The notes beneath the pieces were generated by a model that ran no database searches, was not told the DNA's origin, and worked only from the letters and a program-made list of their open reading frames with translations. Of a DNA stretch of 64,000 bases, positions 29,662-38,852 are shown in pieces. A program made the position numbers and the translations under genes. How positions within the stretch are numbered: position 1 is the stretch's first letter; each line of letters opens with the position of its first letter. Origin of the DNA: Desulfobulbaceae bacterium (GTDB taxonomy: Bacteria > Desulfobacterota > Desulfobulbia > Desulfobulbales > SURF-16); NCBI GenBank assembly GCA_020444175.1, contig JAHLLM010000006.1:4204-68203 (forward strand), read 5' to 3'.

Positions 29662-29692
29662 AAAAAAAAAGCGGAGAACCGTGGTTCTCCGC
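29662..29692 (-). terminator. Rho-independent terminator of the 299-aa gene
   Basis: The minus strand reads GCGGAGAACC-AC-GGTTCTCCGC followed by T9, about 125 nt after the stop at 29818. Confidence 0.7.
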
Positions 29693-29817
29693 ATCGCTAT
29701 ATTGCCCAGGAAGCACCCAGGCGGTTCTCTATGCTAATTTTATGACAAATAAAATATGTGTCAAGTTCACTTTATTTATAATCAATCGTCGGGTTCGATT
29801 CAAGTAAAAAAAATCTA

Positions 29818-30717
29818 CTATTTTCCGTATGCTTCACGGGCAATACTTGGATCCCCGAGGTCTGGAGTCTCGTCTATGCTGCAACCAAAAAGTTTATGAT
29901 ATTTGTCATCTCCTATCACTTTAGCAATCTGTTTAAAAGCTGCTCTATTAATTTTATTGGCATAGACAATATAATCTTCTCCAGTCAAATTTCCTTTTTG
30001 CATTTCTTTAAAATTTTTATCAGTCTTAAAGTTTGCCTGTTCGAGAATTGATACTATCTTCTCTTTTTCAGATTGCGGAATAGCATCTCCAAGGCGTTCC
30101 TCAATCATAAGAAAACGCTCTCTTCTTAAAATCTCTTCATCATCCAATTCCTCGAGATAGGCTGTTTCCATGAGGTGCTCAAGTTTTTCCATGTAAGTAG
30201 CTGATTTCATATTGCCAGCTCCTTTCGAATGAGGGGGGGGAGGGTTATTTGTGCTTACTGCACACCCTTTTGCAATCTGCAAGAATTGAGCCTCTTTCCT
30301 TCCGAAATGACCGTACAGGCCATATGAGTTTCCGCTTCCCTTAACGCCCGTGACTTCTATCCGGGGGGTGGTCATGTACAAAATTTGGTTTGAAACTTGA
30401 TGGCACACTCCATCACGCAGATAACTTATCACAGTTCCATTATATCTCTTATCGTTCGACTTGCATAAACAATTAATTTTTTTTATGTTTCCATTTACAG
30501 TAACATTTTGACATTGCGGGACTAATTGTGAATTGTTGGAGTGAAAGTAGCCGTGACAGTACCAAAAATTAGAGCTATTTTTCACTACATCCCCTATTGC
30601 CACAAAAGTTGATTCAGGGGAATAATCAGTTACATATGTATGGTCGAACCCTTTCAATGGTCCACTGTCAATTTTTCTAGCCCAAGCATAAATTTGTTTT
30701 TCCATATTCTCCTCCAT
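29818..30717 (-). CDS. hypothetical protein (Cys-rich N-terminal half, acidic helical C-terminal half)
   Basis: 299-aa ORF with no recognised family. It contains a G8 tract (30233-30240) encoding PPPP. Confidence 0.55.
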   Translation of the reverse strand: MEENMEKQIYAWARKIDSGPLKGFDHTYVTDYSPESTFVAIGDVVKNSSNFWYCHGYFHSNNSQLVPQCQNVTVNGNIKKINCLCKSNDKRYNGTVISYLRDGVCHQVSNQILYMTTPRIEVTGVKGSGNSYGLYGHFGRKEAQFLQIAKGCAVSTNNPPPPHSKGAGNMKSATYMEKLEHLMETAYLEELDDEEILRRERFLMIEERLGDAIPQSEKEKIVSILEQANFKTDKNFKEMQKGNLTGEDYIVYANKINRAAFKQIAKVIGDDKYHKLFGCSIDETPDLGDPSIAREAYGK

Positions 30718-30729
30718 TTCACTTTTCGT

Positions 30730-31197
30730 TTAATTTTTTTTCATAAAATCAAAATCTTCCTCATAAATTTTATCAGTTTTAGGGTGGTCATAATGATCGA
30801 GTATGCGCTCATTCTCATGGCCGGTGCGGGTTTTGGCGTGGCGTTTTGGCACTCTGGAGTCGAGCAGCCGCATCTTTATGCCGCAGAGCCCCGGAAGTGC
30901 CGGATAATTGTTCTGGACGGTATCTTTGTGGAATTTTGGCAGGATAAGACCTTTCTCGCCTTTGCATTTTTCAAGGATATTAAACAGCCGCTTGCCTGTT
31001 TTGGTTTCGGTAATCCGCAGGGTTCTTTTGTCCCAATCAAAATTTTCCAGTCTGACCAGCATCGCCTCTTTTCTCCGGAGGCCACAGTCGAAGATCATGA
31101 GCAGGAACAATGTCAGGTTGCCGCCCAGGAGCGGTCTTTTCTTTTTATCCTTTACCTCTGTAGCCTTTATTACCTCAGAAATTTCTTCTATTGTCAT
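30730..31197 (-). pseudogene. tyrosine recombinase fragment
   Basis: LLMIFDCGLRRKEAMLVRLENFDWDKRTLRITETKTGK matches the box-I region of phage integrases. No N-terminal SAM-like domain is present and the HxxR/Y region is degenerate. Confidence 0.5.
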
Positions 31198-31658
31198 GAC
31201 CTTGGGGGATATTTTTTCCGAGTATTAATTTTTAGTCCTTCGCCGCTTTGACTTTGTTGGGTGCCACACTGATATTATTTTTTGGGCTTTTACCCCAATC
31301 ATTTGGCTTTTTGCCCGTTTAGGCTTGGCGAAAGTCATTGATTGAGCTATCCGCCCTTTCGTCTCTTATTAATCCTTACTCATATATAGTGCATTTTGGC
31401 AAGAGAAGATAAAAACATCCTTCATCTTTTTGTTTAATAGCAGTTTAGTATTCTGGATTTGAGAACGAAGATGGGGGGAGTCAAAACCTTATAATCTTTA
31501 ATTTTAAATTTCCTCTGAAAAGTTAAACTTACACCTGCCAATCCTCAAAACTTTCTTTCATTATCCATACATATTTCTGATACTCTACATGAAGACTCAA
31601 ATTTGACTGAATATTCCATACCTTTCGTCCCTATCCGTAAAATAGTGTAAATTTTGCA

Positions 31659-31844
31659 GTCTGAAAGTTTGACCTGATTACGAAGGGATTGAGACTGAAC
31701 ATATATAACGCCAATGCTACCAGCGATTGCCACATCTGAAAGTGTGACCTGATTACGAAGGGATTGAGACAGAGATATCCTGCTTGCAAGGGGAGAGAGT
31801 TGATCTAGTCTGAAAGTTTGACCTGATTACGAAGAGATGAAATA
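31659..31844 (+). CRISPR. orphan CRISPR mini-array: three 37-nt repeats and two spacers (38 and 37 nt)
   Basis: R1 at 31659-31695 is gtctgaaagtttgacctgattacgaagggattgagac. R2 at 31734-31770 has 2 mismatches. R3 at 31808-31844 matches for 28 nt and then degenerates. The repeat ends in attgagac (a 5'-handle-like tag), so the plus strand is assumed. No cas gene is in the window. Confidence 0.7.
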
Positions 31845-31993
31845 ATTAAGCTGACAAGCTGTTGAGCTCCTGAAGACAAGGAAAGGAGTCGACTAGAATA
31901 GCTGGACAGGTAGGAATGATGGAGGCGTGATGATTATTCAGTGAACCTTTTGCTAAGAGACAAACAGCCAAAACTTAAGATTATTATGAATAA

Positions 31994-32416
31994 TTACCAC
32001 CACGCTTGTTGTCTGCTTTTAAATTCTGCTCCTGATATATATGCCTCCAGTTCTAAAATTTCTTGAACTATATAATCCTCATTATCCCCACAAATAAACC
32101 CCAAGCTTCTGAAAGCAGGAATCATCCTGAATTCTGAGAACAATCTTTTCATTTTGTTAATGAATTCTTCGTCTTCAATGTAAAAGTCGCAGCGCACACT
32201 ATTTTTTCTCTTGTCAGTCCTTAAATTGATTAGGAAGCCTACCTTTTTTTCAAGTGGAGCCTCTGAAGAACTTATCTTTATCGACTCTCCACAGATATTG
32301 TCATAAACAGGAATTCGCGGTCGCTCATTAATGAAATCCCTAATAACGCTGTCATAGAAATAAAATTTATCTTCAGTGTCACTTAGGTCAAATAGTACTT
32401 TTTCTATTATTTCCAT
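31994..32416 (-). CDS. hypothetical protein
   Basis: 140-aa ORF with no competing ORF and no family recognised. Confidence 0.45.
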   Translation of the reverse strand: MEIIEKVLFDLSDTEDKFYFYDSVIRDFINERPRIPVYDNICGESIKISSSEAPLEKKVGFLINLRTDKRKNSVRCDFYIEDEEFINKMKRLFSEFRMIPAFRSLGFICGDNEDYIVQEILELEAYISGAEFKSRQQAWW

Positions 32417-32752
32417 AAGGTTAAATCAGTTTAAAATAATAAATATCCCATTCTTCTGGCACAAAATGTCGGAGACAGTTTTCCGGCAGGAGCGGCTATG
32501 CTCGATTGGTTAAATTTTTCTTGTTCATATAAACCGAAACAAGGACGGCGGCAATCAAGAATACGACAGAAATCATGTGGGCGTAAGATGATTATGAACA
32601 ATTTTGACCTTGTTGTTGCCAATCTCAAAAATTTCAGAATTCTGTTTAATTTGAGATGCTTCCTTACTCATTAAGCCAAAAAAATGTCAGGTTTGATTAG
32701 AATCAGATTCTTATAATTCTCAGAGCAAATATGCTTTTTTACATTTTTCATG

Positions 32753-33919
32753 TCAGGGATGTTGCGGTTGTGATTTACATTGAGCTATTACATCACCAGC
32801 CAGAAAAATGCCATTACTCAATTCCCCAGAAATTGAAATCACATTTTCTCCATCCACCAAGTATGGCATTAAATCGGCTTTGTTAAATTTAACTGTAACG
32901 TCTCCAATACCATCTTCATCACGATCACCATATATGTAATGGTCATCTGGAAAAATATGGTGTATTTCATGGCTATTAATTTGAGAAATTGACACAGAAG
33001 TAATCTCAGTATAATCAAAGGTTTCATCCTCATTTTCTATTGATAGATGAATTTTACCTTTTCCTTTGTTGAGTATAATTTTTTTCGGGTAATATTCTAC
33101 TGAGACATGAACTACAGGAGATACCAAAAAACCGTATCTGGTACTATCTCCTTCTTTCTTATAATATCCCGCAATTTGCCCTAAATTGTTTATTGCTTGG
33201 AGTGAAGTTTGCTCTGCACCGGAAAAATTTATTGGCTGGAAAATTCCAGCTTCCCATAAGCCACTAATAGTTCTGCCCTCATCATTTTTCCCGGACCCGA
33301 TACTTTGTCCAACATCATTGATACCAAATGTTCCAATTTCCTCATTATAAGTAAACACCCCATCTACATAGATAAATTTTTCCAAACCATCGTCTGCCAA
33401 AGAAAGACCAACAACTTCATCGAAATTATTGATAGCGCCAAATGTAGTCAAATGATAGTTCAACCCATCATAACCTGGGTAATCTACCGATTGAAATTTA
33501 TCATCTTTTATAATGAAAGCGTGCCTTCCCCACGGATAATCATAGTCGTGGTATATTCCTACAATTGTGCCATCATCGTTTATGTCATTTGCTGTAGCAT
33601 GTCTGCTGTCCGGAATGTCTAATGTATGAATTTCTTCGCCATCATATAAATAACTACCACTGCCATTCCACAGAATAATGTCGCCGTTATTGTTAATTCC
33701 ACTAGGATATTTATACGAGGCAAATATTTCTATAACGCCATCTTGAAGTATTGCAGCGTAATCATTTCTATAGACGCCTACCATTGTCCCATAATCATTT
33801 ATACCATAGGGTACAAAATAAGCTGGAGTAGGTACAAATTTGTATTCAATAGCATGAGATGGCGAAGTAGAGACTAATGCTAAACAAGCACCCAAAAGAA
33901 TCGCCTTATTTCTTTTCAT
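32753..33919 (-). CDS. secreted HAF-family extracellular repeat protein
   Basis: Signal peptide MKRNKAILLGACLALVSTSPSHA. Repeated motifs: GINDYGTMVG, GINNNGDII, ANDINDDGTIVG, AINNFDEVVG, GINDVGQSIG and AINNLGQIAGYY. Confidence 0.75.
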   Translation of the reverse strand: MKRNKAILLGACLALVSTSPSHAIEYKFVPTPAYFVPYGINDYGTMVGVYRNDYAAILQDGVIEIFASYKYPSGINNNGDIILWNGSGSYLYDGEEIHTLDIPDSRHATANDINDDGTIVGIYHDYDYPWGRHAFIIKDDKFQSVDYPGYDGLNYHLTTFGAINNFDEVVGLSLADDGLEKFIYVDGVFTYNEEIGTFGINDVGQSIGSGKNDEGRTISGLWEAGIFQPINFSGAEQTSLQAINNLGQIAGYYKKEGDSTRYGFLVSPVVHVSVEYYPKKIILNKGKGKIHLSIENEDETFDYTEITSVSISQINSHEIHHIFPDDHYIYGDRDEDGIGDVTVKFNKADLMPYLVDGENVISISGELSNGIFLAGDVIAQCKSQPQHP

Positions 33920-34254
33920 ATTTCCTCCTCCCTCAATAATTTTTCATTAGAGATTATATAAATTTTAGGTACCAATACCCTCTATTTAAGTCGTTACCAT
34001 CTAACAATTAGAAGTATTTCATTGTAGACGCAGAATGTAAATGTGGCATATTGTCTCATTGGAAATATCTGTTCTGTGATACTCATGAATTTTCAAGGGA
34101 ATCCTCACTACGGTATGAGGTCTCAATGTGGTTAGTCGGCTTATGCCGCACTGACTCTTCTTATCCCCTATCCCCCATGGGGGAACGAGACAAGAGAACA
34201 AATCCCCTTTTCTCGTGCTCTTTTCCCCGTAATTTTTTTGCTATTTCAACATCA

Positions 34255-34509
34255 GGCCGCGCTCTGCGTCCAGAGTCACGCCACCAGGTTAGACAAAAAC
34301 ATCCTGGTGTCATGCCGCCGGACAGGTGCAGAGCCGGAATTTTCTTCATTAGTTTATCGCTCTTTCATAACAGCAATAAGGATGCGCTTTTAGGTTTCGC
34401 GCTCTTGATTCTTTTTTTCGCCTTCCCTGTGCCCAGTGAAGGGAAGGACGAAAAAAATGGTTTTTAAGAAGATAGATCAACAAATAAACCTAACGATGAG
34501 AGGTGTGAA
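34255..34509 (+). promoter_or_regulatory. structured leader A, copy 1 (upstream of ardC)
   Basis: Aligns along its whole length with 63402-63645. It has a long imperfect hairpin at 34261-34334 and a T7/A7-armed hairpin at 34412-34457. The gagaggtgtgaaATGag start context is identical in both copies. Confidence 0.6.
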
Positions 34510-35088
34510 ATGAGCGTGAAAATTTACCAGATGATTACCGACAAAGTTTTGGAGCTTTTAGAGGCTGGGGTCATTCCTTGGGCAAAATCATGGACAGGAG
34601 CTGAACCCCAGAACGTAATTACCGGGCGGGAGTACAGGGGCATTAATGCTTTTCTTTTGGGCTGCACAGGTGCTACCCCTTACTGGTTGACATTTAACCA
34701 GGTGAAAAAGGCCGGTGGTATAGTTAAGAAGGGCGCAAAATCAATGCCTGTTATTTTCTGGAAGTGGTTGGAGAAGGAAGACCAGGAAACCGGAGAAAAA
34801 CAGAGTCACCCAATTTTAAGATATTACCGTGTTTTTAATCTCCATGATGTTGAAGGAATAGAGGCCCCGGAGGTTATCAAGCACGAAGAAGGCGAAAAGC
34901 CTGTTCCATTGTTTCAATGTGCCGCAATTATCGCCAATATGCCTCATCCGCCTGCACTGTATCATGGCAGCGCAAAGCCCTTTTATCGTCCTTGTGAGGA
35001 TGCGGTTTATATGCCTGATTTTGAAAATTTTATAAGTGCAGAAGAATATTACAGTGTGGCTTTTCATGAATTTGGCCATTATGCCTGA
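34510..35088 (+). pseudogene. ardC: ArdC-like anti-restriction protein, 5' part (interrupted)
   Basis: N-terminal ssDNA-binding-domain signatures (IPWAKSW, REYRGINAFLL, WLTFNQVKKAGG, RYYRVFN). The reading frame ends at AFHEFGHYA*, inside the HExxH motif, where the RIT inverted repeat begins. Confidence 0.8.
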
Positions 35089-35264
35089 CTTCGGATTATG
35101 CCGAGCTAATACTCTAAACTGCGCAAAAATGTTGGGTGGCTGGTATGTTTTTCGGCATAATCAAAGTGCTCCTCGGGCATCCACAAGTTGTAAGCCAAAT
35201 TTAGATTGAAAAACTCTGTCGTGAGTCCCATTCATAAGAATTTCACCTAAAACAAGGAGGACTT

Positions 35265-36515
35265 ATGACATCGGGAAAAAAATTTGGCAACACAACCACA
35301 CAAAAAGTAGAGTGGCTGGCACCTCATCGACAAATATTCATAGAAAAGCTCAAGGCACAGGGCTACGTGCTCTGTTCAATTCGCCATTATGATAGGATAG
35401 TCCGCCGATTCTGCGAGGAGATTGAACAACGCGGGCTCAGCGCCAAAGATCTTGATGGATCTGCTTTAGAAGCCATTCATGAGGCAGTATTGAGCAAAAC
35501 AGGTAAAAGCATTCACACCTATACTATGTTTTGCTTAAAGCGATTCATCAATCATCTTATTGATACTGGAATTGTCGTCCTTCCAGAGCCACAAGCTAAG
35601 GAATTGACAGCCATGGACCATCTGCGTGAGGACTATGAAACATACTTACGCAAGCAGCGTGGATTGAGTGAATCTACAATTTATCATTGCATGCGTTTTC
35701 TAGAAAGATTCATGAGTTTCCGCTTTGGTGATGTGTTAGGAGACCTGAACTCCATTACAGCGGCTGATGTTGTATCCTTCCTGTGTCAGCGCATGGCCGG
35801 TTCACAGCCTTATCGTGACAAAACACCTCCAACACATCTACGAAATTTGTTTAAGTTCCTGTTCTGGAGTGGAAAGACCAAGCGTAATTTGGCTCAAAGC
35901 ATTCCGCGTGTCGCTCAACCCAAGCACGATAATCTGCCCCGCTATCTGAAGCCGGAAGAAGTTCAACAATTACTTGAAGCGGTCCGAACAAATGATGCGA
36001 TCGGCCGCCGCAACTATGCAATGTTGCTACTGCTTGCCCGCCTTGGACTACGTGCGCCAGAGGTCATCGCAATTCAGCTCGATGATATCGACTGGCGGTC
36101 TGGTGAAATTTTGATTCGTGGCAAGGGTAAATTGCATGATCGTATGCCTCTTGTAACCGATGTTGGTGAAGCCATAGTTGATTACATCACAGACGGGCGG
36201 GTAGGAACTTCTCGTACCTTGTTTGTCACCAGTAAGGCACCTTACCATCCTTTTAAGGACGCCCAGATTCTGAACTATATCCTGAAAAAGGCACTTGTAA
36301 AAACGAAGATCAAACCGCCGCAGAAATATATTGGTTCTCATATTCTTCGCCACAGCCTTGCTACTGACATGCTTCGTCAGGGAGCTACACTTGGTGAGAT
36401 AGGTATAATACTGCGACATCGATCTCGAATGACAACAACGATCTATGCCAAGCATGATATCGATTCATTGCGAGCAATTGCCCAGACCTGGCCAAAGCAG
36501 GGAGGTGCTCAATGA
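35265..36515 (+). CDS. tyrosine recombinase, first gene of the trio
   Basis: 416 aa with LGLRAPEVIAIQLDDIDW, HILRHSLATDM and LRHRSRMTTTIYAK. The stop overlaps the next start (ATGA). Confidence 0.85.
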   Translation: MTSGKKFGNTTTQKVEWLAPHRQIFIEKLKAQGYVLCSIRHYDRIVRRFCEEIEQRGLSAKDLDGSALEAIHEAVLSKTGKSIHTYTMFCLKRFINHLIDTGIVVLPEPQAKELTAMDHLREDYETYLRKQRGLSESTIYHCMRFLERFMSFRFGDVLGDLNSITAADVVSFLCQRMAGSQPYRDKTPPTHLRNLFKFLFWSGKTKRNLAQSIPRVAQPKHDNLPRYLKPEEVQQLLEAVRTNDAIGRRNYAMLLLLARLGLRAPEVIAIQLDDIDWRSGEILIRGKGKLHDRMPLVTDVGEAIVDYITDGRVGTSRTLFVTSKAPYHPFKDAQILNYILKKALVKTKIKPPQKYIGSHILRHSLATDMLRQGATLGEIGIILRHRSRMTTTIYAKHDIDSLRAIAQTWPKQGGAQ

Positions 36516-37459
36516 CATCACTTACCACTCACCTCGAAAATTATCTCAATGTTCGGCGTAACCTTGGCTATGATCTCTCTACAGCAGAACGAGTATTACG
36601 AAGATTTACTTGTTTTGTGGATGATCAGGGTGCTGACCATATCACCGTCGATATGTTTCTACGATGGAAAGAACAATTTGGGTCAGCGAATAACAATACC
36701 TGGTCCAGACGTCTTGGGATGGTACGTTTATTTGCTGCCTGGCTCCAAGGCATTGATCCCCGCAATGAGGTACCACCCGTTGGGCTGATATCGGGAAAAA
36801 ATCATCGGCCACGGCCCTATATCTACACTCCTGAACAGATAGCAAATATTGTTTCTGCAGCAGCCAAGCTTCCTTCACCCTACGGGCTGCGGGGAAAGAC
36901 CTGTTCAACGATGTTCGGGTTGATAGCAGTCACTGGATTGCGTGTCAGCGAAGCGATCGGGCTTGACGAAAAGGATGTAGATCTCGATAACGCTGTTCTC
37001 ACCGTCAGATGTGGAAAGAACGGTAAATTCCGATTCGTACCTATTTCGTCATGTGCTGTAGATCGCCTTGGTGTTTACCGTGCTGAACGGAATAGGCTCC
37101 TTGGCACCGGTAGGTCACCGTTTTTTCTCCATGAGAGTGGTCAGCGCCCCGGAGACTGTAGTGTCAGGTATAACTTTGCACGAATCAGCCAATTCATTGG
37201 CCTTCGTGACCGTCAAGTGTTCCACAAACATGGTCGAGGTCCACGTATACATGATTTGAGGCATACGTTTGCAGCCCGTACGATCATTGACTGGTACAAG
37301 AAAGGGCTTGATCCAGATCGCGAAATGATCAAGCTCAGTACTTATCTGGGACATTCAAAGCCTGAGTACACATACTGGTACATAGAAGCAGTTCCGGAAC
37401 TGTTGCGACTTGCTTCTATGCGGGCAGAAAGATCCATAACTGCAGGGGGTGAGGCATGA
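36512..37459 (+). CDS. tyrosine recombinase, second gene of the trio
   Basis: 315 aa with TGLRVSEAIGLDEKDVDL, HDLRHTFAARTI and LGHSKPEYTYWYIE. There is an ATGA overlap at both ends. Confidence 0.85.
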   Translation: MTSLTTHLENYLNVRRNLGYDLSTAERVLRRFTCFVDDQGADHITVDMFLRWKEQFGSANNNTWSRRLGMVRLFAAWLQGIDPRNEVPPVGLISGKNHRPRPYIYTPEQIANIVSAAAKLPSPYGLRGKTCSTMFGLIAVTGLRVSEAIGLDEKDVDLDNAVLTVRCGKNGKFRFVPISSCAVDRLGVYRAERNRLLGTGRSPFFLHESGQRPGDCSVRYNFARISQFIGLRDRQVFHKHGRGPRIHDLRHTFAARTIIDWYKKGLDPDREMIKLSTYLGHSKPEYTYWYIEAVPELLRLASMRAERSITAGGEA

Positions 37460-38454
37460 AAATTTACTCACTACCCATTTATGTACAGCGGTTCTTCACC
37501 GAACGTCTCGCTACTCAACTAAAAGCCAGCCCAAATACGGTAGCAAGCTACCGAGATGCTTTCCGTCTTTTGCTGAAATACGCATCCGATCAGATTGGAC
37601 GTGCTCCTACCGATCTTCAGGTCGCCGACATAGATACCACTATCGTCGGAGGTTTTCTCGTTTTTATAGAAACCGTACGTGGCAATGGTGCCCGAAGCCG
37701 AAACACGCGACTTGCGGCTATTCGGTCATTTTTTAAGTATGTAGCAGTCAATGAACCTCAGCTCCTGCACCATTGCCAGCGTATCCTCGCTATGCCGTCA
37801 AAGCGGTATAATAAGCGTACGATAGACTATTTAAATCCTGCCGAAATCGATGCACTCCTCGCTGCACCCAATTTGACGACCTGGTACGGTCGCCGTGACC
37901 ACACTCTACTTCTACTTGCCTTACAGACTGGTCTCAGGGTGTCAGAATTAATCAACCTGACATGCGGTGATATCGTTCTGGGAACGGGGGCTCATGTTCG
38001 ATGTATGGGCAAAGGACGGAAAGAACGTTCCACGCCACTCAGAAAAGACTGTGAAGAAGCTCTACGCAATTGGCTAATGGGACATGCTGATGATGATCAA
38101 CCCAAGCCTCTCTTCGTTAGCAATCGTGGAGGACAGCTAAGTCGTGACGCCATTGAGCGTATTGTTCATAAATATGTAAAGTTGGCCTCCAGCGAGTGCG
38201 CGACGCTGAAAGATAAGAGGGTAACACCACATGTACTACGTCACAGTGCAGCAATGCAGCTTCTCCAGAACGGTGTAGATCGCACTGTAATTGCACTTTG
38301 GCTGGGCCACGAATCAGTGGAAACCACTCAGATGTATATCCACGCCAATATGGAAATGAAGGAGCAAGCCATGGCAAAAACGAAACCAGTAACTGCACCT
38401 GCTGGTCGATATAAGCCCAATGACAAGTTACTTGCCTTCCTGGAAGCACTTTGA
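37456..38454 (+). CDS. tyrosine recombinase, third gene of the trio
   Basis: 332 aa with TGLRVSELINLTCGDI, HVLRHSAAMQLL and LGHESVETTQMYIHA. Confidence 0.85.
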   Translation: MKIYSLPIYVQRFFTERLATQLKASPNTVASYRDAFRLLLKYASDQIGRAPTDLQVADIDTTIVGGFLVFIETVRGNGARSRNTRLAAIRSFFKYVAVNEPQLLHHCQRILAMPSKRYNKRTIDYLNPAEIDALLAAPNLTTWYGRRDHTLLLLALQTGLRVSELINLTCGDIVLGTGAHVRCMGKGRKERSTPLRKDCEEALRNWLMGHADDDQPKPLFVSNRGGQLSRDAIERIVHKYVKLASSECATLKDKRVTPHVLRHSAAMQLLQNGVDRTVIALWLGHESVETTQMYIHANMEMKEQAMAKTKPVTAPAGRYKPNDKLLAFLEAL

Positions 38455-38567
38455 TTATGCCGATAACCAAACCGACCAACCGGTACTGCTGGCAGTATCA
38501 ACAGTACCGGCTCGGCATAATCCGAAGTCAGGCATAATGCATGTTATGCCGATATCGGCATAAGGCT

Positions 38568-38852
38568 CATGCAACCGGCCACCAAAGCCGGTTAAGCAGG
38601 GCAGGTGTTATAGATGATATTAATTTTGGCAGTGATAAATACTCTCAAGAAGAGCTTGTGGCGGAAATGACAGCCGGTTTTTTGTGCGGTATTGCCGGGA
38701 TTGACAACAAGACTCTTGAAAACAGCGTTGCCTATATCCAGGGTTGGGTGCAACGTTTCCAGGATAAACCTAAAATGGTTGTTTTAGCTGCTGCCCAGGC
38801 GCAAAAGGCTGCAGACTATATTGTCGGTAATTTTCAGGGAGACGAAGAATAA
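38568..38852 (+). pseudogene. ardC: ArdC-like anti-restriction protein, 3' part
   Basis: The frame reads H-ATGHQSRLSR...FGSDKYSQEELVAEMTAGFLCGIAGI...NSVAYIQGWV...AAAQAQKAADYI. This is the metalloprotease-domain continuation expected after HEFGH. Confidence 0.8.

Larger units (their letters stand above)
35077..38570 (+). mobile_element. recombinase-in-trio (RIT) element inserted in ardC
   Basis: Three overlapping tyrosine recombinase genes. A perfect 30-bp inverted repeat, cattatgcctgacttcggattatgccgagc, lies at 35077-35106 and 38510-38539. There are seven TTATGCC(G/T)A-type motifs at the ends and a 20-bp palindrome at 38544-38563. CAT is present at both junctions. Confidence 0.8.

Noticed and set aside
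28873-29694. 273-aa version of the NYN ORF starting at 29694.
   Set aside because: It would be translated through the terminator hairpin, T9 and G15 tract (giving FFFGGGGG). The conserved NYN N-terminus begins at the internal MYKRCCVFVDGENF.
29781-29800. tRNA T-loop-like string gggttcgattc; a general search for tRNA or tmRNA genes.
   Set aside because: The flanking bases cannot form a T-stem or acceptor stem. I found no other GGTTCGAxTCC-type T-loop with a compatible cloverleaf in the window.
31545-31733. 62-aa minus-strand ORF overlapping the CRISPR repeats.
   Set aside because: It spans the leader, repeat 1 and spacer 1 of the array and has no translation signals. The periodic repeat/spacer structure explains the region.
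34161-34349. Minus-strand ORFs 34161-34349 and 63383-63616 share the peptide blocks IPALHLSGGMTPG and WRDSGRRARP, suggesting a conserved small protein.
   Set aside because: Their starts, stops and all flanking residues differ. The conserved blocks coincide with the arms of the conserved hairpin in leader A, and the variable middle is the hairpin apex. Nucleotide-level structure explains the conservation better than coding. This is not fully excluded, because the apex length difference of 6 nt keeps the frame.
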